From: an uncultured Candidatus Saccharibacteria bacterium
GTDB lineage: Bacteria; Patescibacteriota; Minisyncoccia; Phycocordibacterales; WO2-35-19
Direction of reading: 5' to 3'
Length of the DNA stretch: 62,317 nucleotides
Assembly: GCA_964392285.1 (NCBI GenBank)
Contig: CAYMOW010000003.1
Coordinates: 1 to 62,317, forward strand
The notes below the pieces were generated by a model. It was given only the letters and a program-made list of their open reading frames with translations, searched no databases and was not told the DNA's origin. Numbering within the stretch: the stretch's first letter is position 1; every line of letters begins with the position of its first letter. Below are positions 18,699 through 26,913 of the stretch, in pieces. The translations under genes and the position numbers were made by a program.

Positions 18699-18737
18699 CG
18701 ATTATACACTTTTCCGCGGCCGCGGATTTTTGTATAA
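18699..18737. repeat. 39-bp exact dispersed repeat with the TCCGCGGCCGCGGA palindrome (copy 2)
   Basis: It is identical to 17446-17484 and lies 13 nt downstream of the RelE-like gene stop. Confidence 0.95.
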
Positions 18738-18750
18738 CCTATATCTAAAC

Positions 18751-18993
18751 TTACAGATCGCCATAAGTATGGTCGTTTCGGTTGTCGATTTTGATAATCC
18801 TAACCTCACTTTTATTCATATAGAAAATTATTCTTAACTTTGATTTTCTGATCCTATACAGATCTTCAAAGCCCTTTAATTTTTTGAAGTTTAGGTCTTT
18901 AAAATTTCTTGATTTGATCGCATCCATGTACTCCAAAGCAATAATTCTTTCTTTGAACGAGAGCCTGCTCAAAAACTTATCTATCTTGTTCAT
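18751..18993 (-). CDS. Type II toxin, RelE/ParE family
   Basis: The 80-aa product reads KKLKGFEDLYRIRKSKLRIIFYMNKSEVRIIKIDNRNDHTY, the classic RelE/ParE C-terminal pattern. It overlaps the upstream antitoxin gene by 17 nt. Confidence 0.7.
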   Translation of the reverse strand: MNKIDKFLSRLSFKERIIALEYMDAIKSRNFKDLNFKKLKGFEDLYRIRKSKLRIIFYMNKSEVRIIKIDNRNDHTYGDL

Positions 18994-19243
18994 TTAACTT
19001 TTTTAAAGACTTTAAAACATCTTCTATTGGAACACCTCGTTTGTTTATCTTGGTAAAGTCAACGACTGTCTCCCACAGACTGTCATCGTCTTCGTCCATA
19101 GGGACGACCCTAAAGACAGGCTTCGATCTCTTGACCACGGTAAATGACTCCCCTTTTCCTAGGCGAGTTATATACTTTTCTGTGTTGAGTCTTAATTCTT
19201 TTAAGCCAATTATTTGATTTTTGGTTTTGGTAATCATATACAA
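18977..19243 (-). CDS. Type II antitoxin, Phd/YefM-like
   Basis: The 88-aa product reads IIGLKELRLNTEKYITRLGKGESFTVVKRSKPVFRVVPMDE, the Phd/YefM N-terminal fold pattern. It lies directly upstream of the toxin and overlaps it. Confidence 0.7.
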   Translation of the reverse strand: MYMITKTKNQIIGLKELRLNTEKYITRLGKGESFTVVKRSKPVFRVVPMDEDDDSLWETVVDFTKINKRGVPIEDVLKSLKKLNEQDR

Positions 19244-19267
19244 AGTTTATCTAAAGATAACCTTCTG

Positions 19268-21715
19268 TCAAGCTCCATGGCACCTCTTAAACTTTTTACC
19301 ACTACCACACCAACAGGGGTCATTCCTGCCGATATCCTTATACCCCCCGCCAGCTATTTCTCCCCTCTCCTTTGCAAGGAGAGGGGTCGGGGGTGAGGTA
19401 GTTATCCTCTCCGCCTGTCTCTGAACATCCGAAAAACCGACATTACTGCTTGTCTCTTTGAGCTTCTTCTCCGACGTTTCAGTCGGAATCCCGACCTCTA
19501 TGCGTCGGGATAGATTTTCTTCAATTGTGGCTGCGATCGAGCTTTCCATTTGTTTGAAAAGTTGCAAACCTTCCCTCTTGTATTCGACAAGCGGATCTCT
19601 TTGACCATAAGCCCGCAAATTGACCGAGCTGCGCAAATAGTCCATCTGCTCTAGATGATCGACCCAAAACATATCATGGACCTGCAGTTTGAGCTGCTTG
19701 ATTTGCGGATCACTTTCATTCATCAAAATCTGCCTTCTCTTTTCATAAAATATTTTGCGCTGATAATTCATCACATCGTCGTATTCGAGCACGTGTTTGC
19801 GCGCGTCAAAGTTGAGCCCCTCGATTCGACTCTGAGCACTCTCGAGCGAACGTGTAATCAGCCGATTTTGGATTGGTTCGTCTTCGGCAATACCAAGCCG
19901 ACCCATCATATTTTTGACCGTATCGGCGGCAAAAACTCGCATAATATGGTCCTCCATCGAAACAAAGAATTGCGTCTCACCCGGGTCACCCTGTCGGCCC
20001 GACCTACCTCGGAGCTGGTTATCTATTCGGCGCGCATCATGACGCTCGGTCCCCAGCACAAAGAGCCCACCAAGGGCTTTGACCTTGTCATAGGCGCCCT
20101 CCGGCGCCGGGTTGCCCCCAAGCTTGATGTCGACACCACGGCCAGCCATATTGGTCGCGACCGTCACCGCCCCCTCCCGACCGGCTTGAGAGATGATCTC
20201 ACCTTCACGTTCATGATTTTTGGCATTCAACATTTCAAACCGCACACCTTCGCGCTTCAAAAATTCCGCCAAGAGCTCGTTTTTCTCAATCGAGATGGTG
20301 CCGATGAGCACTGGCTGACCTTTGGTTTGCAATTCTTTGACTTTGCGCGCGATCGCCTTGAGTTTGCCATTTTCGGTTTGGAAGATCAGATCATCGCGAT
20401 CGACTCTTTGCGGAGTTTTGTTGGTTGGCACGACAATCGTCGTGAGTCCGTAGACTTTATAAAACTCTTCCGAGGAGGTAGCCGCCGTACCGGTCATACC
20501 GGCCAGCTTTTTATACATTCTAAAGTAATTCTGGTAAGTGATCGAGGCGAAGGTCTTGCTTTCTTTTTGGATCCGCACCCCTTCCTTGGCTTCGATCGCC
20601 TGATGCAAACCCTCCGACCAACGTCGGCCCGGTTGCAAACGGCCGGTATAAGGATCGACAATTATAACCTCATCGTCGCGGACCACATACTCCTTGTCCT
20701 TGAGGTAAAGCGCCTGGGCTTTGAGCGCCGTCTCCAGATGGTGCACCACCTTGACCCCACCTTCGACATAAATATTGCCCAAACCAAGCATCTCCTCGGC
20801 CCGAGCAATACCGGCCTCCGTAATCAAAACCGAATGCAGCTTTTCGTCTTTGGTATAATCTTCTCCCTCTTTCAAACGCAAAGCTATAGCCGCAAACTTT
20901 TTGTAAAATGCATCGGAATCCTCGGCCGGCGCAGAGATAATAAGTGGCGTACGCGCCTCGTCGATCAAGATCGAGTCGATCTCGTCGACAATCGCAAAGT
21001 TGTGCTCCTTCTGGCGGACCTTTAGCCATTCGTATTCCAGATTGTCGCGCAAATAATCAAAACCAAACTCGCTATTGGTTCCATAAGTGATGTCGGCCTC
21101 ATAAGCTTCGATGCGCGAACAAGGCTTTAGAAATTCGTGCACGATATGAAAGGCGCCCTTCTCGTCTCTTTCTTTGTCTTCTTTGCTTGATTCTTGATTC
21201 TTAATTCCTGATTCTAGATTTGGATCATACAAAAAGCTCGACTCATGAGCGATCACAGAAACAGTTAGTCCAAGTGCATTATATATTTGTCCCATCCAAG
21301 TCGCATCGCGTCTCGAAAGATAGTCGTTCACGGTTACAATATGCACACCCTTGCCCGCAAGCGCGTTGAGGTAGGCTGGCAAGGTTGCGACCAAAGTCTT
21401 ACCTTCACCGGTGCGCATCTCGGCAATATTGCCTTGATGCAGAGCAATACCTCCGATAAGTTGAACATCAAAATGCCTTTGACCCAAAGTGCGCCGAGAA
21501 GCTTCGCGCACACAGGCAAAGGCTTCGGGCAAAATCTGATCCAAAGTCTCACCCGAAGAAAGCCTGTTTTTGAATTCTGCAGTTTTCTGCCTCAAAGCTT
21601 CAGCCGAAAGCTCGGTTATTTCTGCTTCGAGAGCATTTATTTTGGCCACCAAAGGCTCGGCGGTCTTGAGGTACCGGCTACTTTCATCACCAAAAATTTT
21701 GCTCCAGAAAGACAT
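19268..21715 (-). CDS. secA: Preprotein translocase ATPase SecA
   Basis: The 815-aa product shows MRTGEGKTLVATLPAYLNAL (Walker A), DEIDSILIDEARTPLIIS (DEAD-like), TNMAGRGVDIKLGG, and the C-terminal zinc finger CWCGSGKKFKRCHG. Confidence 0.95.
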   Translation of the reverse strand: MSFWSKIFGDESSRYLKTAEPLVAKINALEAEITELSAEALRQKTAEFKNRLSSGETLDQILPEAFACVREASRRTLGQRHFDVQLIGGIALHQGNIAEMRTGEGKTLVATLPAYLNALAGKGVHIVTVNDYLSRRDATWMGQIYNALGLTVSVIAHESSFLYDPNLESGIKNQESSKEDKERDEKGAFHIVHEFLKPCSRIEAYEADITYGTNSEFGFDYLRDNLEYEWLKVRQKEHNFAIVDEIDSILIDEARTPLIISAPAEDSDAFYKKFAAIALRLKEGEDYTKDEKLHSVLITEAGIARAEEMLGLGNIYVEGGVKVVHHLETALKAQALYLKDKEYVVRDDEVIIVDPYTGRLQPGRRWSEGLHQAIEAKEGVRIQKESKTFASITYQNYFRMYKKLAGMTGTAATSSEEFYKVYGLTTIVVPTNKTPQRVDRDDLIFQTENGKLKAIARKVKELQTKGQPVLIGTISIEKNELLAEFLKREGVRFEMLNAKNHEREGEIISQAGREGAVTVATNMAGRGVDIKLGGNPAPEGAYDKVKALGGLFVLGTERHDARRIDNQLRGRSGRQGDPGETQFFVSMEDHIMRVFAADTVKNMMGRLGIAEDEPIQNRLITRSLESAQSRIEGLNFDARKHVLEYDDVMNYQRKIFYEKRRQILMNESDPQIKQLKLQVHDMFWVDHLEQMDYLRSSVNLRAYGQRDPLVEYKREGLQLFKQMESSIAATIEENLSRRIEVGIPTETSEKKLKETSSNVGFSDVQRQAERITTSPPTPLLAKERGEIAGGGYKDIGRNDPCWCGSGKKFKRCHGA
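19357..19399. repeat. Palindromic mini-element, copy A, lying inside the secA C-terminal linker
   Basis: The sequence is tttctcccctctcctttgcaaggagaggggtcgggggtgaggt. It has an 11-bp stem (cccctctcctt/aaggagagggg) and a GGGGTGAGGT tail. Related copies lie at 37844-37888 and 39704-39758, all in the same orientation. Confidence 0.85.
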
Positions 21716-21774
21716 TGTTTGGCCATTTTATCACAAAATCAGCCTCTCGGCGACCGGTCCTCGAAGGGGCAAAA

Positions 21775-21802
21775 GCAAAAACCGCCGAAGGGCGGTTTTT
21801 GC
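21775..21802 (-). terminator. Rho-independent terminator (12-bp stem, GAAG loop) after the Lys-rich micro-ORF
   Basis: The hairpin is gcaaaaaccgcc-gaag-ggcggtttttgc. It has A/T runs on both sides, so it could work in either direction. Confidence 0.75.
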
Positions 21803-21821
21803 TTAAGTGGGAAAGGAAAGA

Positions 21822-21893
21822 TTATCCTCTCTTCTTTTTGGTAGCCTTTTTCTTGGTGGTCTTTTTTGCTACCTTCTTTTTCTTTGCAGCCAT
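21822..21893 (-). CDS. Candidate 23-aa lysine-rich basic peptide (MAAKKKKVAKKTTKKKATKKKRG)
   Basis: By hand translation, ATG 21893 runs to TAA 21824-21822. A purine-rich GAAGGG lies about 12 nt upstream. A strong terminator follows 20 nt downstream. The ORF is too short for the ORF track. Confidence 0.4.
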   Translation of the reverse strand: MAAKKKKVAKKTTKKKATKKKRG

Positions 21894-22173
21894 TTTATTT
21901 TTCGCCCTTCGATTGCTCGCAGGGTAAATAGATTATTTTTTTAAAGCCGACGTTAGTGTCGGCTCTCCGATTTTGAAAATTTTTTTTAAAATTTCCGGAC
22001 GTCGGAGGTGCGCACTTTCGACCTAAGTTAATTATCGCGCTAAAAAAATTTTTCGTAAATATTTTTTTGCACAAAAGTGTGGATAACTCAAAATCTTTCA
22101 AAAAAATTTTCTGGAAGATTTTGAGAATTTTCAATTTAGAATTTTCAATTTTCAAAAAATTTTTGCGTCAAAC

Positions 22174-22206
22174 AAAAAAGACAAGTTTGAGACTTGTCTT
22201 TTTTTC
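22174..22206. terminator. Bidirectional intrinsic terminator-like hairpin
   Basis: The stem aagacaagt-ttgag-acttgtctt is flanked by an A-run (5') and a T-run (3'). Confidence 0.6.
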
Positions 22207-22207
22207 T

Positions 22208-22443
22208 AACGTGGTCGCGAGGGTAGCGGAAGCTAACTCCAACAAATGTCTATGTGAGTGCGAACCGCTACCCGCGCCACCACACTATCCACTATCCCAA
22301 TCATACCAAACTCTCATTCTTTGCCAACCCAAATCGACAAAAAGATGGCTCGAGCACTATCCCCAATTGGTATTTGCATAAAACAAAGGTTTGTGATATA
22401 GTTGTGGGGTGAGTGCGGTCAAACTCCGCATTGAATGTCTGCG
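22208..22443. ncRNA. Candidate structured non-coding RNA bracketed by two terminators (strand unresolved)
   Basis: No credible ORF is present. A 19-bp imperfect stem pairs gtggtcgcgagggtagcgg (22211-22229) with ccgctacccgcgccaccac (about 22271-22289). It encloses a tagc-GGAA-gcta GNRA hairpin. A second hairpin is tgcgg-tcaaact-ccgca near 22413-22429. Confidence 0.3.
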
Positions 22444-22469
22444 AAAAGCCCCCAGCAATGGGGGCTTTT
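22444..22469. terminator. Bidirectional intrinsic terminator after the O-antigen-ligase-like gene
   Basis: The hairpin is aaaagccccc-agcaat-gggggctttt, 29 nt downstream of the stop at 22498. Confidence 0.75.
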
Positions 22470-22497
22470 CGTTGCTTAACCAATTTGAGCTTGATTT

Positions 22498-24693
22498 TTA
22501 GGGGTTTCTGCCAGCCTCGATCTCCTTTATATAGTATTCGCCTTGTTCTTTAAATGACGGGTCGAGCCGGATAATCTCTCTGATAGCCACGACGGCTTCG
22601 CTTCGGCGATTGGCTTGCAAATAAGCGGCGGCCAAGGTAATCCGATGCTGGTTGTTGTTTGGGTCGAGAGCAATCCTCTGTTTGGCAATCTCGATAATTT
22701 CGTCGACCCGACCAGCCATAAGCAAGACCGTTACCAGACGATCATCAAAAATAAGTTTTTCGGTCGGCACGTCGCTAAAGATCTGGTCGGCCAACTGCCG
22801 TTCACCGCCGGCAATTGCGGTTAGGCCGTAAATAAATTTGGCCTCAAAAAAGTTTGGTTCGAGCTCATAAGCTTTTTGGGCGTAAGGGATAGCCTCTTTG
22901 GCCCGACCTTGCGAGATGAGTGCCCCAACCAATTCGAAATACATACTTTGTTTGTTGGGCGAAAGTTCAAGCGCCCGAGCAAAAACCGGTTCGGCTTCGG
23001 TCACCTGACCAAAGCCAGACAAAAACAATCCATAGAAAAGTTGGTAGCGCGCATCGTTCGGTGCGATCGCCAACTGCTTTTTGAAAGAGCTGTCGATAAG
23101 AGAGAAGAGTTCGCCTTTCATCTCGGCCGAAACATTTGGATTGGCATTTAGAGTCACAACCGCTCGCGAGAGATGTTCTAGGGCTTCAGAGAAGCCGGTC
23201 CCATTCTTGGCTAGAGGTTTCTTGTAATCTTCAACCGTGCCGACCTGGCCTTGCGAATTGAGGGCAAGGATACTCATCAGTCGGCGGTTCTGAAGATAGG
23301 GTCCAATAACAGCAAAGTACAAGATCGCAACGGCCAAGATAACGGCAATGGATTCATAAATCGGACGCGAATTTTCGCGGTTAAAGATGAAAGAGAGCTT
23401 GTTCGAAAATCTTTGCCAGAGACCAGGTGCGTTGTCGGACGAATGAGCATGACCGTAGGCCAAAAGTGTAAAGAACAAAATGTAGCTCGAGATTTGATCG
23501 AAAACGAAAAGATTATGGAAGAGGTAGGCACCAAGCAAACCAAAGATCACCGCTTTGTCGCCCTTGGTTAGAAAGTCATCATTGGCTTTGACCACCGAAT
23601 AAAGCAGAGCGACAAGAATCGAGAGATAAGCGAGTAGCCCAACGAAACCACCAGCCACCAACCAATCAAGAAAGGCGTTGTGAGTTCGGTCGAACCACGG
23701 CTCTTGGGTATACATTCGCGAATCATAATTTTTGTTGAAAACATAGTTAAAGCCTTCTTGACCCCACCCAAAAATCGGCCGTTCCAGAGCGCCGCGCCAA
23801 GCCATCGGCCAGACGAAATACCGACCCTGAGTTTTGATCTCCGAAAAAGAGAGCGAGGCAAAGCGACTCAAAACCGGACTTTTCTGCACAAAACCCGAAT
23901 CGCGCACCGCAAGAAAACCAGAGAAGAGAATCAACAGACCGACCGCCCCAGCCAAAGCGACTTTGCGAATTTTGTCGCCCTTTTCGGATTTGAGAGTGAG
24001 GTAAGCAAACGAGATAAAGGCGCCTCCCAAAAGTCCGAGGACAGAACCTCGAGTTGCGGTAAAGTAGAGCACCACCAGATTTGCGAGGCCGACAAGCGCC
24101 AGCAAGATTCTTTGCCAACCTTGGCGATAGCGCATAAACAAAAGTCCGGCAAAGAAAATATGGAAAACCATATAGATACCGAGATAGGAAGCGTTACCGA
24201 GAGTGCCATCGACTCGCACCCCACCTTGGTTGATGGTTATCTTGCCGGCCAACTGAAAGAACGAATAGATAGCCATAATCGCGCTCGCACCAAGCGAAGT
24301 TGCAAGAAGTGAGTTCCACATCGACTGGCTTTTGAACATTGTGCCCAAAACCAAAAAGTAAGCGGAGAGATAAAGAAGAGTGATGTAGCCCTCCATTCTT
24401 TCGAAGTTGCTCCAAAAAGCCTTGAAAGAATTTTCTGCCAAAATAGTCGAAACCGCCAAACCGAGCAAGAAGACCGAGAGAGCGCCCAAGATATGCGAAT
24501 ACTTGGGCCGATATTCAGAATTGCGTAAAGCCAAGATGCTAAAAGCCAGCACTACCACCGTCACTATAGCCCGGAAGAAAAAGGCCTTGCCGGTAATAAA
24601 GGGAAAGAAAAGCGATTCAGCCACAATAAGCGACGTAAATGGCACCAGAAACAGACCTATATATATAATGTATCTCAACGCTTTGTCGGACAT
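22498..24693 (-). CDS. O-antigen ligase/polymerase-like (Wzy_C-type) polytopic membrane protein with C-terminal TPR repeats
   Basis: The 731-aa product has about 12 hydrophobic segments, including the TATRGSVLGLLGGAF block. The C-terminal 250 aa or so carries repeated 34-aa TPR-like units (AxxxYxxALELxPN...). Confidence 0.7.
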   Translation of the reverse strand: MSDKALRYIIYIGLFLVPFTSLIVAESLFFPFITGKAFFFRAIVTVVVLAFSILALRNSEYRPKYSHILGALSVFLLGLAVSTILAENSFKAFWSNFERMEGYITLLYLSAYFLVLGTMFKSQSMWNSLLATSLGASAIMAIYSFFQLAGKITINQGGVRVDGTLGNASYLGIYMVFHIFFAGLLFMRYRQGWQRILLALVGLANLVVLYFTATRGSVLGLLGGAFISFAYLTLKSEKGDKIRKVALAGAVGLLILFSGFLAVRDSGFVQKSPVLSRFASLSFSEIKTQGRYFVWPMAWRGALERPIFGWGQEGFNYVFNKNYDSRMYTQEPWFDRTHNAFLDWLVAGGFVGLLAYLSILVALLYSVVKANDDFLTKGDKAVIFGLLGAYLFHNLFVFDQISSYILFFTLLAYGHAHSSDNAPGLWQRFSNKLSFIFNRENSRPIYESIAVILAVAILYFAVIGPYLQNRRLMSILALNSQGQVGTVEDYKKPLAKNGTGFSEALEHLSRAVVTLNANPNVSAEMKGELFSLIDSSFKKQLAIAPNDARYQLFYGLFLSGFGQVTEAEPVFARALELSPNKQSMYFELVGALISQGRAKEAIPYAQKAYELEPNFFEAKFIYGLTAIAGGERQLADQIFSDVPTEKLIFDDRLVTVLLMAGRVDEIIEIAKQRIALDPNNNQHRITLAAAYLQANRRSEAVVAIREIIRLDPSFKEQGEYYIKEIEAGRNP

Positions 24694-24761
24694 AGAGCCC
24701 AGTATAGCAAAAAGCCAAAATTCTTGCTATCATTTCCATATTCTCACATTTTCGTATTTTT

Positions 24762-25604
24762 TTGTTGACCTTTTCTTTATTTCGTATATTTATGCTAGTC
24801 ATTCGTCCCCAAAAAACCTTTAGTCTACGCGACCTCAAAGAACTCTGGTATTTCAGAGAGCTCCTTTATTTTTTCACTTGGCGCGACCTCAAAGTGCGCT
24901 ACAAGCAAACCGCCATTGGTGTCCTTTGGGCCGTTCTTCAACCATTCATCACAATGGTTGTCTTTAGCATCTTCTTCGGCAAGTTGGCCGGGCTACCATC
25001 GGACGGTGTGCCCTATCCGATCTTTGTTTATACCGGCCTGCTTTTCTGGCAATTTTTCTCGAGCGCCCTTTCGGACACGGCGACCTCGCTCATCAGCAAC
25101 CAATCAATCATCACCAAAGTTTATTTTCCCCGATTGCTTCTGCCAGTCTCATCTGTTGTCACCAAGTTCCTTGATTTTCTGCTTTCGGCTTTGATCTTGG
25201 TCGCTATGATGTTCTTTTACGGCTACACCCCGTATTTGCAAGGCTTGTTCATTTTGCCCCTACTGCTCGTCATCACCTTTATGGCTTCGAGCGGGCTAGG
25301 ACTCTTTCTTTCGGCTCTCAATGTTAAATATCGCGACGTGCGCTATGCCCTACCCTTCTTTATCCAAATTCTGCTTTTTGTCACTCCTGTCATTTACCCC
25401 GCTTCGATTGCTGGCAAATATTCTTGGCTCCTGGCGCTCAATCCAATGACCGGCGTGGTGCAAACCGCGCGCGCCACCCTACTCGGCGCGACCGAAATCA
25501 ATTGGCTACTTTTGGGTATTTCGTTCGCCACCTGCTTGGTCTTGCTTGTCATCGGAATAATTTACTTCAAAAAGATCGAGAAATATTTCGCCGACATTAT
25601 ATAA
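24762..25604 (+). CDS. ABC-2 type polysaccharide/teichoic-acid export permease (Wzm/TagG-like)
   Basis: LWYFRELLYFFTWRDLKVRYKQTAIGVLWAVLQPF is the hallmark N-terminal motif. Six hydrophobic segments are present. The more likely start is ATG 24792 (MLVIRPQK...). Confidence 0.85.
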   Translation: MLTFSLFRIFMLVIRPQKTFSLRDLKELWYFRELLYFFTWRDLKVRYKQTAIGVLWAVLQPFITMVVFSIFFGKLAGLPSDGVPYPIFVYTGLLFWQFFSSALSDTATSLISNQSIITKVYFPRLLLPVSSVVTKFLDFLLSALILVAMMFFYGYTPYLQGLFILPLLLVITFMASSGLGLFLSALNVKYRDVRYALPFFIQILLFVTPVIYPASIAGKYSWLLALNPMTGVVQTARATLLGATEINWLLLGISFATCLVLLVIGIIYFKKIEKYFADII

Positions 25605-25613
25605 ACGAAAATT

Positions 25614-26906
25614 ATGCGAAACGATACGAAAAACAACGAAAATAACAAGCCGATAATCGAAGTGCGGAACATCGGCAAGAAGTATGACATCGCGCATATG
25701 CGCGGTGGCTATGTGGCGCTTCGCGATGTGATTGCAAATATCGTGCGCAGTCCATTTTCCTTCCTCAAAGACAAAGCCGAGCGCGCTGTCGGCCTCAAGA
25801 AAAAAGAAGAATTTTGGGCCCTCAAAGATGTTTCCTTCAATATCAACCAGGGCGAAGTCGTCGGCATCATCGGCGCAAACGGCGCCGGCAAATCAACCTT
25901 GCTCAAAATCCTTTCGCAAATCACTCCGCCAACCGAGGGCGAAATAGTTTTGCGCGGTCGGGTCGGCTCGCTCCTTGAAGTCGGCACCGGCTTCCATCCG
26001 GAACTCACGGGCCGAGAAAATATTTTTCTCAACGGCGCAATCTTGGGTATGAAGAAACGCGAGATTGAGAAAAAGTTTGACGAGATCGTCGAATTCGCCG
26101 GCATCGGCAAATTCCTCGACACGCCGGTCAAGAGATACTCGAGCGGTATGTATGTGCGCCTGGCCTTTGCCGTCGCCGCCCATATGGACCCAGACATCCT
26201 CCTGATCGACGAGGTGCTCGCCGTCGGCGACGCTGAATTCCAAAAGAAGTGTCTCGGCAAAATGGACGACATCACCAAACGCGAAGGCCGCACCATCCTC
26301 TTCGTGAGTCATAATCTTACAGCCATAAAACAATTATGTGTAAAAACAATCGTATTGCAGAATGGAAAAATTGTTTTCGAAGGTGACACAGAAAAAGCGC
26401 TGGAGATTTACAGACAAACATCCAATCAAATGGTGAGTATTGGATCAAACACAAAAAGACGAGGAGATAAAAAAATAATATTAGAATCTTTTCATTTAGA
26501 AGATGCCGATGGTCGAATCGTGAATAGTATTGAAAATGGTTCTGATGTAAAATTTGTTTTTTCCTATTCGTGCAGCGAACCACAGGAAATAAAAGAGGTC
26601 GACATGGGTTTTTCTATACACAAAAACGATGTTATGGTTTGTAAAATATATAACTCATACCTCGGACAAAAAATAACGAATATAAAAAATAGTGGAAGAT
26701 TTGAATTCAACATAAAAGAACTACCCATAGCCTTTGGAAGATATGCCGTTCAAGCCAGAGTACTTGCAAACGGCATTGAGGCTGATTGGCCACAAAGCTA
26801 TATTGGTTCTTTCGATGTATTGGGAAGTAGGTTTTACAAACAAAACAATTTGACCACTGATCCAGAACTAACTCTTATACCAAACGGTTATTGGACTCAA
26901 GGCTAA
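25614..26906 (+). CDS. ABC exporter ATPase (Wzt/TagH-like) with a C-terminal extension of about 180 aa, a possible glycan-binding domain
   Basis: Motifs: Walker A GANGAGKST, signature YSSGMYVRLAF, Walker B LLIDEVLAVGD, H-loop FVSHN. A beta-rich tail follows. Composition switches from GC-rich to AT-rich at about 26310, inside this gene. Confidence 0.9.
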   Translation: MRNDTKNNENNKPIIEVRNIGKKYDIAHMRGGYVALRDVIANIVRSPFSFLKDKAERAVGLKKKEEFWALKDVSFNINQGEVVGIIGANGAGKSTLLKILSQITPPTEGEIVLRGRVGSLLEVGTGFHPELTGRENIFLNGAILGMKKREIEKKFDEIVEFAGIGKFLDTPVKRYSSGMYVRLAFAVAAHMDPDILLIDEVLAVGDAEFQKKCLGKMDDITKREGRTILFVSHNLTAIKQLCVKTIVLQNGKIVFEGDTEKALEIYRQTSNQMVSIGSNTKRRGDKKIILESFHLEDADGRIVNSIENGSDVKFVFSYSCSEPQEIKEVDMGFSIHKNDVMVCKIYNSYLGQKITNIKNSGRFEFNIKELPIAFGRYAVQARVLANGIEADWPQSYIGSFDVLGSRFYKQNNLTTDPELTLIPNGYWTQG

Positions 26907-26913
26907 CTAGATT

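Noticed and set aside
19655-21025. 456-aa + strand ORF
   Set aside because: It lies entirely antisense to the well-supported secA gene. Its translation is low-complexity and rich in Arg, Leu and His, with no recognisable motif.
22209-22292. A tRNA or SRP RNA call, prompted by a ...GCGCCACCA end and a GGAA tetraloop
   Set aside because: No T-loop (GGTTCGA-type) or D arm can be formed. The SRP domain IV consensus (GGUCCGGAAGGAAGCAGCC) is not matched beyond the tetraloop. I keep it only as an unclassified ncRNA candidate.
21895-22381. ORFs 21895-22155 (-) and 22067-22381 (+) in the AT-rich spacer
   Set aside because: The translations are low-complexity K/F/I-rich. The ORFs span terminator hairpins and repeat units, and no SD or family motif is present.
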